32,000 nucleotides of DNA from Verrucomicrobiota bacterium (GTDB lineage: Bacteria > Verrucomicrobiota > Verrucomicrobiia > Chthoniobacterales > UBA6821), in assembly GCA_008932965.1 (NCBI GenBank), contig WBXG01000012.1:1-32000 (forward strand). Reading direction: 5' to 3'. Positions 1 through 7,298 of the stretch are shown here, one piece after another (position 1 is the first letter of the stretch; each line of letters starts with the position of its first letter). The translations under genes and the position numbers were made by a program. The notes below the pieces were generated by a model that was not told the origin of the DNA, made no database searches, and was given only the letters and a program-made list of their open reading frames with translations.

Positions 1-1
1 G

Positions 2-1828
2 AAAGCCCAAAGAGTAAATGAAGAAATTGCCAAGGCAACTCAACGTCCTTATGAAGAGAGCTCCATTTTTGAAAATGCCAATGACGTACAAGCCTCTTCC
101 ATAGAGGAACATGAGGTTGCACAGGTAGAGAAACAAGATATTTATCCTTTATCCCTGACTCGTTTATCAGCAGAAGAGGAGGAATATTATCCTCAGAGTA
201 CTATTATCAGTTCTTACGAGTACGATGGTCCTGAAGAAAATCAATGCACCCGGGTACGTGTTTTGAAAACAAAGGGGATTTATCAAGATAATAAACATCG
301 CTATATTAGAACGGAGGAAACAATTGATAAAGTAACAGGCTATGTCATTACACATTTCGGAGAATCAATAGCTAATCACCTGTTGCTAGATCTCCCAGAG
401 GGCATGTCAGCTAGGGATTTTATTTCAAAATTACGTCACCCTGAGTTTATTCCAAAATTACGCGACCCTGAGTTTATCTCAAAATTACACCACCCTGAGG
501 ACACGCACCTTCAACTCAAGCTTTATCAAGGGAATCCCCATGAGTTGGTTTATGAATATTCTGAGGAGGGCTCCTTAGCAGAAATTTCTACTGAAATTTA
601 CAATAGGATTTGGGAAGAATTTCCAAGCGCTCTCTGTGAGCGTAATCACATAGCTCATCTCGATGCCGGCTCTCAGGGTAAAAATAAGAAACCTGATTTT
701 AGTGAAACTCAATGGAATCTTAATAAAATTCAGGCAAAGAGTGAATGGTGCAACTTATCTCCAAAAAATCCAGATAAGAGAGTAATTGTTGCTGTTATTG
801 ATTCGGGAATAGATTTAAGTCATCAAGCACTGAATCAAAATTTTCATGACTCATTCAACGGCATCGCTCTTTCGCATGATATCGATCACGATGTTACCGA
901 TGATGTGAATCATGATGTTACCGATAATTTGGGTCATGGGTCACATGTGGCAGGAATCATTGGGGGTTACAGTGAGAATAAATTTTTTGGTGTTGCTGGA
1001 AAATCAGTAAGACTGATGATCTGCAAGGCCTTTGATAACGATCAATCTCGTATGGACTCAAGGAATGATTTAGGTCATGAGGCCTCTTTTTTAAAATCTC
1101 TTCGTTACGCTGTTGAAAATGGTGCTAAAATCATTAATTACAGTGGTTCTTTTGGAACACGACCTTCTATTCAAGTTCTAAATGCACTTTTAGAGGCTCA
1201 AAGAAAAGGGGTGATTATCGTTCTCTCAGCTGGCAATGGAAAAGATACTAGTAAGGAAATATTTAACCCGTTAAGTTTCGGAAGCAATCTTGATGATGCT
1301 TCTGTTTTTCCATACAACAAACTACAAAATGACACCTCACTTGACACAGTGAATCAAAAATTGAGATCTTTTATACCCAACAAACCCTCAAGATATCCTC
1401 TTAAATACCAATTAGATAATATGGTTGTCGTTGCTGCAACTACTGCAGATGATAAATTGGCACCATTTTCCTTTTATGGAGTGGAGGCAGTTCATATTGC
1501 GGCTCCTGGAGAATATATTTTGTCAGCATGGTCTAATAAGAAGAATGGTCCTACTTATAAGATGGTAAGTGGAACCTCTCAAGCAGCACCGCATGTCACA
1601 GGAGCATTAGCACTTTTAATGACTCGTTATCCAGAAGAACACTATGCCAAAGCTAATAATCACCCTATTAGACCTAATGAGGGTGAAGCATACTATCAAT
1701 TTATTATTCGTATTTTATTGGAAAATGCAGAGAAACTCCCATCCTTAGAGGGGAAAATAAAAGAAGGAAGAAGGCTAAATATAGCAAGAGCGATGAATCC
1801 TGAAAAACAAACATTTGACTCGCTCTAA
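2..1828 (+). CDS. Subtilisin-like (peptidase S8) serine protease, 5' end outside the window
   Basis: This frame is open from nt 2, with no stop before the TTG at 263 used by the ORF track, so the CDS probably enters from the left edge. S8 catalytic motifs occur in order: VAVIDSGID (Asp), GHGSHVAGI (His), SAGNG (Asn), SGTSQAAPHVTG (Ser). Confidence 0.85.
   Translation, partial: KAQRVNEEIAKATQRPYEESSIFENANDVQASSIEEHEVAQVEKQDIYPLSLTRLSAEEEEYYPQSTIISSYEYDGPEENQCTRVRVLKTKGIYQDNKHRYIRTEETIDKVTGYVITHFGESIANHLLLDLPEGMSARDFISKLRHPEFIPKLRDPEFISKLHHPEDTHLQLKLYQGNPHELVYEYSEEGSLAEISTEIYNRIWEEFPSALCERNHIAHLDAGSQGKNKKPDFSETQWNLNKIQAKSEWCNLSPKNPDKRVIVAVIDSGIDLSHQALNQNFHDSFNGIALSHDIDHDVTDDVNHDVTDNLGHGSHVAGIIGGYSENKFFGVAGKSVRLMICKAFDNDQSRMDSRNDLGHEASFLKSLRYAVENGAKIINYSGSFGTRPSIQVLNALLEAQRKGVIIVLSAGNGKDTSKEIFNPLSFGSNLDDASVFPYNKLQNDTSLDTVNQKLRSFIPNKPSRYPLKYQLDNMVVVAATTADDKLAPFSFYGVEAVHIAAPGEYILSAWSNKKNGPTYKMVSGTSQAAPHVTGALALLMTRYPEEHYAKANNHPIRPNEGEAYYQFIIRILLENAEKLPSLEGKIKEGRRLNIARAMNPEKQTFDSL
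419..499 (+). repeat. In-frame tandem repeat, 3 x 27 bp, inside the subtilase CDS
   Basis: Units 419-445, 446-472 and 473-499 each encode F-I-[S/P]-K-L-[R/H]-[H/D]-P-E. A few substitutions separate the units. Confidence 0.9.
884..925 (+). repeat. Imperfect 24-bp in-frame duplication (HDVTD motif) just upstream of the catalytic His
   Basis: GATCACGATGTTACCGAT (884-901), then GATGTG, then AATCATGATGTTACCGAT (908-925). Encodes DHDVTD-DV-NHDVTD. Confidence 0.6.
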
Positions 1829-2004
1829 TAATTCTGACGGATCGTGATGAGGGAGCTGCGAAGGTTGATGGATAGGGTTCAGGCGAACAATGAGATCTAA
1901 CAACGGCTATGTGTGTACATACTGCCCGAGGAAGACTTTGGGATCAACGTAGCATCCACCTGACTTCCCGGCTTCCGTAGTAGATCAGAATGAAATATTT
2001 GGGC
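1829..2004 (+). mobile_element. MITE-like element, subfamily A, left arm truncated
   Basis: Aligns over most of its length with 2694-2870 and 20781-20957. The right arm GATCAGAATGAAATATTTGGGC is followed by TA. Only ATTCTGA (1831-1837) survives of the left arm. The element begins right after the subtilase stop codon. Confidence 0.8.
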
Positions 2005-2007
2005 TAG

Positions 2008-2049
2008 CTTCCCAGCTTCCGCAGGTTATTAGTATGAAACATTCAGGTT
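2008..2049 (+). mobile_element. 42-nt right-end fragment of a subfamily-A element
   Basis: CTTCCCAGCTTCCGCAGGTTATTAGTATGAAACATTCAGGT matches the last ~42 nt of copy 20781-20957 with a few substitutions. It sits directly downstream of the preceding copy. Confidence 0.6.
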
Positions 2050-2116
2050 TAAAACCTCACGATTATTAATAAAATTTTAAAACAATGTGACGATCACCCT
2101 ATAGCCATACAATCCT

Positions 2117-2713
2117 ATGCAAACTAGTATACCAAGATATCAAGATGCTACTCATTCTTCACCCAGTAGCGTGTCAGCTACTGATTCACTCACAACTAAC
2201 AGCTCTCACGCAGAAAGCAAAATCGGAGACTTTTTAGGAACAAAAATTTATGAAGGTTCAAGCTCTACTGGCGAAGTGAAGCGATTAGTTTCACAGATAG
2301 AGGAAAAATTAAATCGTCAGAAGGTCAATCAACAAATTGTGAAAGGCACGCCTAGGATCTATCCAGGGTATCCAGTCTCAAATGATTTGGATGTTACAAT
2401 TAATCCATGGCATTCTAATATCGCAGATTTTTATTCTGAAGACTCAAAAGTATTAGATTCCAATAATCCCTCACGTTCCCATAGTCAAGATGCTTCAGAT
2501 ACTTCAGATGCTTCAGAAATAGATCCTGATGGTCTCACTATGGAGAATATTTATACCGAGGACCCAGAAATTACGCCCCGAACAAATCCATTAAAAAATC
2601 CCAATGAGAGTGAAAGCACTCATTTCACAATGGGGTCGCTCAAAAGAGGAAATCTTGTCATAGGAGAAAAGGAATATCCAAGAGAGTCACTTAACCCGGA
2701 TATTTCATACTGA
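2117..2713 (+). CDS. Hypothetical Ser/Asp/Asn-rich, probably disordered protein (198 aa)
   Basis: ORF only. I recognise no motif and no TM segment, and the composition is low-complexity. The stop codon TGA (2711-2713) lies inside the left arm of the next element. Confidence 0.45.
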   Translation: MQTSIPRYQDATHSSPSSVSATDSLTTNSSHAESKIGDFLGTKIYEGSSSTGEVKRLVSQIEEKLNRQKVNQQIVKGTPRIYPGYPVSNDLDVTINPWHSNIADFYSEDSKVLDSNNPSRSHSQDASDTSDASEIDPDGLTMENIYTEDPEITPRTNPLKNPNESESTHFTMGSLKRGNLVIGEKEYPRESLNPDISY

Positions 2714-2870
2714 TCGTGACGAGGAGGCCACGAAGGCTGATGGGGCAAGGCGAGTGATGAAGTCTGACGACGGCTGTATGTTTCATACTGCCCGAGTAAA
2801 ACTTTGAGATCAACGCAGCATCCATCTGGCTGCCCAGTCTTCGCAGGTGATCGGTATGAAATATCCGGGT
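2694..2870 (+). mobile_element. MITE-like element, subfamily A, full length (177 nt)
   Basis: 22-nt arms 2694-2715 and 2849-2870 pair with a single T:G. TA (within TTAA) flanks both sides at 2692-2693 and 2871-2872. No conserved ORF. Confidence 0.85.
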
Positions 2871-2973
2871 TAACAAGATGAATTTTTTTGACTTAGTTCT
2901 TGCTATAAAAAAGGCAATAGAGCATCTTATCGAACTAATTTTTGAACCAATTTTTTGGAACACATCTTCGGCC

Positions 2974-3327
2974 ATGACTATTATTGAAACTATCGAACAG
3001 GAGCAACTCAGAACGGATCTTACCCCCTTTGAAGTGGGTGACACGATTCGCGTCCATACACGCGTTATTGAAGGCGATAAAGAACGCATTCAGATTTATA
3101 CAGGAATTGTGATTGGTCGTAGAGGAACCGGCATTAATGCTTCTTTTACAGTACGTCGTGTTTCTTACGGAGAGGGAGTAGAACGTGTGTTCCCTCTTCA
3201 CTCCTCGGGTATTGCTAAGATTGAAGTTGAAAAACGAGGATCTGTTCGTCGTTCAAAGCTCAATTATCTTCGCACTCGCAAAGGAAAGTCAGCAACGACG
3301 GTCAAAGAACGGGCTGCAGACAAGTAG
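2974..3327 (+). CDS. rplS: 50S ribosomal protein L19
   Basis: Typical L19 sequence ([20 protein letters not shown]..., RRSKLNYLR). The start is placed at the in-frame ATG 2974, giving a 117-aa protein. The 32 extra N-terminal residues of the tracked ORF are not L19-like. Confidence 0.9.
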   Translation: MTIIETIEQEQLRTDLTPFEVGDTIRVHTRVIEGDKERIQIYTGIVIGRRGTGINASFTVRRVSYGEGVERVFPLHSSGIAKIEVEKRGSVRRSKLNYLRTRKGKSATTVKERAADK

Positions 3328-3453
3328 ACTTCGTTAGAATTTTACTCAGGCCAAGTGCTTTGGCCCTATGGTAATTAGGATCTCTTATTCTCAGTCATGA
3401 AGGGTATGATGCATTGCTGCGTTGATTCACTTTGCTTTTGATAATCAATAAAG

Positions 3454-4116
3454 ATGCAACCTGTCGTATCATCTTCAAAAAACTTTCCAACGCTCGAGGC
3501 TGAAGCCCTTTTATTATCACGAGGAATACGACCTGTAGCTGGAGTAGATGAAGCTGGTCGCGGACCCTTAGCGGGCCCTGTAATTGCTGCAGCCGTTATT
3601 TTGCCAGAAATTCTCGATGGTCCCTTAAAAAAAGCCTTGTCACGTTTGGATGATTCCAAAAAATTGAGGCCTAAAATTCGAGAAGAACTTTTTATCATCC
3701 TAACAACAGATCCTCATATTTGTTGGGCTTTGGGAGAGTCCAATGTAGAGGAGATTGGAGACCTCAATATTCTTCGTGCAACAGCTCTTGCCATGAGACG
3801 TACCCTACTTGCATTAACAAGAACACCAGCTCATGCCTTAGTCGATGGATTACCCGTGCGTGATCTCCCTGTACCTCAGACAGCTCTCGTTGGAGGAGAC
3901 GGGCTCTCCCTTAGCATTGCTGCAGCAAGTGTGATTGCTAAGGTCACCCGAGATCGCATTATGGATGAATTAGATCATGCATTTCCTCAGTATGGGTTTA
4001 GACATCATCGAGGTTATGGAACTTCAGAGCATTTAAAAAAACTCAACCAATATGGACCTTGCCAGCATCATCGACGCGGTTTTAAACCTGTGGATCAAGC
4101 CTCCTTCAACTTCTAA
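3454..4116 (+). CDS. rnhB: Ribonuclease HII
   Basis: N-terminal GVDEAGRGPLAGPV catalytic motif. Length ~220 aa. C-terminal HRRGFKPV-type tail. Confidence 0.9.
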   Translation: MQPVVSSSKNFPTLEAEALLLSRGIRPVAGVDEAGRGPLAGPVIAAAVILPEILDGPLKKALSRLDDSKKLRPKIREELFIILTTDPHICWALGESNVEEIGDLNILRATALAMRRTLLALTRTPAHALVDGLPVRDLPVPQTALVGGDGLSLSIAAASVIAKVTRDRIMDELDHAFPQYGFRHHRGYGTSEHLKKLNQYGPCQHHRRGFKPVDQASFNF

Positions 4117-4489
4117 AGGCCCCAAGGCCCTTGGATTATGGGGAGAACGTTATGCAGCACAAACCTTGCGCCGTCACGGCGTTAAGATTCTTTATCGTAA
4201 TTATCGAGCTCCGCAGGGAGGAGAAGTCGATTTAGTCTGTCGAGATAGAGAGACACTTCTTTTTGTAGAGGTCAAAACACGGCGTGTTGAAAAAAACTTT
4301 CGTCCTTTAGATGCAGTAAATCATAAAAAACAAATGTTAATTAAACGAGGAGCACTCTCGTGGCTTCGCTTACTGGGCAATCCTGATATCCCTTTTCGAT
4401 TTGATGTCATCGAGGTGATTGCCACTCACCCACCCCAAGCACGTTGGATTGAGAATGCTTTTTTACTACCAGATCCTTTTCGATATTAA
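4052..4489 (+). CDS. yraN: YraN-family (UPF0102) putative endonuclease
   Basis: GERYA..., GGEVDLVCRD and LLFVEVKTRR motifs of the YraN family. The start is uncertain: ATG 4052 overlaps rnhB by 65 nt and I saw no later canonical start in frame. Confidence 0.75.
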   Translation: MDLASIIDAVLNLWIKPPSTSKGPKALGLWGERYAAQTLRRHGVKILYRNYRAPQGGEVDLVCRDRETLLFVEVKTRRVEKNFRPLDAVNHKKQMLIKRGALSWLRLLGNPDIPFRFDVIEVIATHPPQARWIENAFLLPDPFRY

Positions 4490-4667
4490 CCTGGATACTT
4501 CATACTGAAGTGTCATGAGGCGCCGTGCAAAGCTTATAAGTACAAGGCGGGCGAAGGATTGCGACGACGGCTACATATTTCATACTGCCCGAGGAGCAAT
4601 TCGAGACTAACGCAGTATCCATTAGGTGTTCGCAAGCCGCAGCAGAATCAGTATGAAATATCCGGGT
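4489..4667 (+). mobile_element. MITE-like element, subfamily B, full length (179 nt)
   Basis: Arms ACCTGGATACTTCATACTGA and TCAGTATGAAATATCCGGGT. Flanked by TA at 4487-4488 and 4668-4669. It fills the whole space between two convergent stop codons. Confidence 0.85.
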
Positions 4668-7033
4668 TAACGCTCTTGCAACACGGAATGCTCTATCAAT
4701 GCTTGTATTGCTTGTAGAAAAGGGGCTCTCTCACTTGAATCGAGTGCCAGTTTTTTTTGAATCCACAATTCTGCTTTTTGTTGTGCACTCTTGAGCGCTT
4801 CATGGACTGCATTTGCATTAGTAATACATAGAATTAGTTTTTCTAATGATCCCTCCTGGAGAAGATCATTACGTTTTCTTAAGTTTTCAGCAATCCGGGC
4901 AATCTGTTTTTCATCATGGTAATCATGAAACTGAGCAAGAATTGACCTCATATCCTCTACTCCCTGTGCAGCATCCATTCGCCCTCTATGTGCAGCATGA
5001 TAGGTCTCAATCAAATAAGGGTGAAGCCATGAAGTCTCTCGAAGCATTTTTCCAGTATCAGCTTCCAGCAAGCTCATGAGCTGATCTCCGCACAAAGTAT
5101 TCCATTCAGCCAAATCAAACAACGTGCTGGAGTCAGAATAATATTTTTCAAATCGATCGAGGAGCGGAGTGATTGAAGAAGAAAAAGTCTCACTAACCGA
5201 TTTAGAAATATGATCACAGGAAGTGGCAGCCTGTAAGGCATGCTTGGAATCTTCTAATATTTTTTCATTTTTACTCGGAGAATGAAATATACCTGATCTT
5301 TTCTTTTCTTGGAGTGGAGTGCTCTGCTTCTGCACCTCTACTAAAGAGTCTCGAGCAGAGGTTAATTTAATTTGATTAAGTGCTTGCCCATTTTTAAAAA
5401 AACTTTGGGCAGCATTAAAATGAGTAGTGATGATTTTAGCAGCACTAGATCGCTCATTTTCAATACCAGCAAGTTTAGAGTCTATAGATTCAACTCTAGT
5501 ATTAATTTCATCGGCAACTAAATTAGGATCCTTTATTTCAGCTCTTAATTTCCAAAGAAGAGATTTCTTACTTTGTAATTTCTTCATTGACTCAAGATAG
5601 AGATCCAATCCTCGTTGCACTTCATGATACTGATTCTCGAGCTGACGATAAACTCCCTGCTCTTGATCTGCATCAAGAGCCTTGCAAGCTACTTTATCGA
5701 GGTACTGCAATTGTATCGTAAGGCAATACCGTGTTGCTTCACAGAGCATCTGTAAGGAGGTGAGCGATGGCTTTGATCCATCTCTATTGTCGGATCCTGC
5801 TGCAGTAACTTGATGGAAAGCTGAGTGCTTTTCTAACTTAGAGATGTGAGAAATGAGAGCACCTAACTTGTGTTGTTTAGCATGCTCTGTTCTAAAATGA
5901 GTTAATCGCTTTTCTCGTAATAACCTCTCCTCACTTTCGTGCTGATTCTGTAAGTCAACCATCGCTTGCAAGCGTTGTTGTATTTCTTGATTTTCTTTTT
6001 TTAATCTTTCGATTTCCTGAGTGTGAGCATCTTCTCGAGCGGTAAAGTTAACATGAAAAGCTGCTATTATTTTTTCAAAGAGAGGATGGGGCTTGACTTC
6101 TGATGAGGTCGATCTGGAAAGAGGAAAATAAGAAGCAAGGTCTCTAAAGAGAAATTTCACTTCTTTATGAGAAGTACTATTTTGACCATTACCAAAGTCC
6201 TCTCTTGTTATTAGATTTCCTTGAGCATCGACCCTCCAATTATCTTTTACATCAATCTCTTGTATATTCTTTGCTTTTTTGAAGGCTTCTATATTGGGGT
6301 AAGGATAGAATGACTTGGTCTGCGCATAGATGACTTTTTGAAAAAAAGTACGGCTTTGAGGTAGTGGATCAATATCAGGAAAAAACTCCACCTGATCAGC
6401 CCCTTCATAAAATGAATAGATAGGGCGTCTTCCTCTCAACCCATCAGCAAAACCCTTCATACAGGAACGTTGATCTGGTTGGAATAGAGTAGTGACGGTT
6501 GCATGCCCAGTAATATCATCAACCATAACACTTCCACCAGTAAGGCCTGCCCTTTCAAGCTCTGCTCGTTCTTGAGCATTTTGATGCACTATTGCTAACT
6601 CTTGGGGGGAACTATTCCCTCCTTGGACTCCTTCGATATCAGGATGCAAGCAACATGAATCTAACACTCTATAACTCCCATGAATCAGGGGCCCCATGAT
6701 CAGTGCTCCAGCCAAAAGAACAGAACATTTTTCAAAAGTGGTGAGACTATCCCAATTGGAAAATCCTGCCTCCATGCTGGATCCTTCCTTTACTATTTTT
6801 GAAGAAGTTAACTGAAAAAAAAGAATGTTAGATTTAAGATCGGGGTCAGTTTGAGCAGGCGTTAAAGAAAATGATGGGTCATAGGAATTTTTCCAATCAC
6901 AGTAACTCTTGGTATCATTCCAAGAAAGAAAGCAAATGGGATGATCTAAGGTTTCAACATTAATAACCTCATAGTGATACTCTCCAGGGCTACCAGTACG
7001 TTGAATAGAAAAAACACTGGAGCCTCTTCCCAT
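4667..7033 (-). CDS. Large hypothetical protein (788 aa), C-terminal two-thirds coiled-coil / Gln-Glu-Lys rich
   Basis: Long uninterrupted ORF. One hydrophobic stretch (CSVLLAGALIMGPLIHG) near residue 105. Heptad-like, charged, Q-rich sequence from about residue 330 onward. I recognise no catalytic motif. Confidence 0.8.
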   Translation of the reverse strand: MGRGSSVFSIQRTGSPGEYHYEVINVETLDHPICFLSWNDTKSYCDWKNSYDPSFSLTPAQTDPDLKSNILFFQLTSSKIVKEGSSMEAGFSNWDSLTTFEKCSVLLAGALIMGPLIHGSYRVLDSCCLHPDIEGVQGGNSSPQELAIVHQNAQERAELERAGLTGGSVMVDDITGHATVTTLFQPDQRSCMKGFADGLRGRRPIYSFYEGADQVEFFPDIDPLPQSRTFFQKVIYAQTKSFYPYPNIEAFKKAKNIQEIDVKDNWRVDAQGNLITREDFGNGQNSTSHKEVKFLFRDLASYFPLSRSTSSEVKPHPLFEKIIAAFHVNFTAREDAHTQEIERLKKENQEIQQRLQAMVDLQNQHESEERLLREKRLTHFRTEHAKQHKLGALISHISKLEKHSAFHQVTAAGSDNRDGSKPSLTSLQMLCEATRYCLTIQLQYLDKVACKALDADQEQGVYRQLENQYHEVQRGLDLYLESMKKLQSKKSLLWKLRAEIKDPNLVADEINTRVESIDSKLAGIENERSSAAKIITTHFNAAQSFFKNGQALNQIKLTSARDSLVEVQKQSTPLQEKKRSGIFHSPSKNEKILEDSKHALQAATSCDHISKSVSETFSSSITPLLDRFEKYYSDSSTLFDLAEWNTLCGDQLMSLLEADTGKMLRETSWLHPYLIETYHAAHRGRMDAAQGVEDMRSILAQFHDYHDEKQIARIAENLRKRNDLLQEGSLEKLILCITNANAVHEALKSAQQKAELWIQKKLALDSSERAPFLQAIQALIEHSVLQER

Positions 7034-7298
7034 CTTTTCATCGTAGAGATCCTGAGAATATATTGTTGCAGAAATCTAATCTTTCAAATGAAGTGATGAA
7101 CTCTGCTGAGACTCAAGAAAATCAGAATACTCGAAAGTATTTATTTGAAGAAAAAGTGCATCTTGGGGTGCCTTTTCCTGAGTCTCCCTGGAGGAGGAGT
7201 TTGTCAAACTCACTACAAATGCTAAAACACAAAATAAATACTTTAATTTCACACTTAGTCCTTTCTTAGAAAAATAGGTAAATTTATAGTCACTAGGA

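Noticed and set aside
2691-3089. Minus-strand ORFs running through the elements (2691-3089 and 20643-21131) share peptide stretches such as [17 protein letters not shown], which could suggest a small element-encoded protein.
   Set aside because: The shared translation holds only over part of the element and then shifts frame between copies. No start codon is conserved, and subfamily B does not keep the frame. The similarity simply reflects nucleotide repetition.
2117-3327. After in-silico excision of element 2694-2870 plus one TA (179 nt), ORF 2117-2713 becomes in-frame with the extended rplS ORF (2878-3327), suggesting an ancestral fusion.
   Set aside because: Frame agreement has a 1-in-3 chance. 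The 100-nt linker would encode a hydrophobic, non-L19 peptide, and a 200-aa disordered N-terminal extension on L19 is implausible. I treat this as coincidence.
3349-3365. Hairpin GGCCAA-GTGCT-TTGGCC downstream of rplS as an intrinsic terminator.
   Set aside because: The stem is only 6 bp and no T-run follows. This is not enough to call a terminator.
1829-4667. CRISPR array, given several similar repeats within a few kb.
   Set aside because: The repeat units are ~178 nt, not 24-48 nt. The spacing is irregular, from 0.7 to 16 kb, and contains full-length genes. No cas genes or leader are present.
6890-6946. HPICFLSWNDTKSYCDWK near the N-terminus of the 788-aa protein resembles the PVxxVSWxDAxAYCxW motif of FGE-sulfatase/SUMF1 domains.
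   Set aside because: It is a single short motif. The rest of the domain, for example the RGGSW region in the correct order, is not present. This is too weak for a domain call.
7034-7298. Small ORFs 7063-7269 (+) and 7076-7324 (-) in the divergent intergenic region between the 788-aa gene and recD2.
   Set aside because: They overlap each other on opposite strands in an AT-rich promoter region. They have no motifs or signal features, so this is more likely non-coding regulatory DNA.
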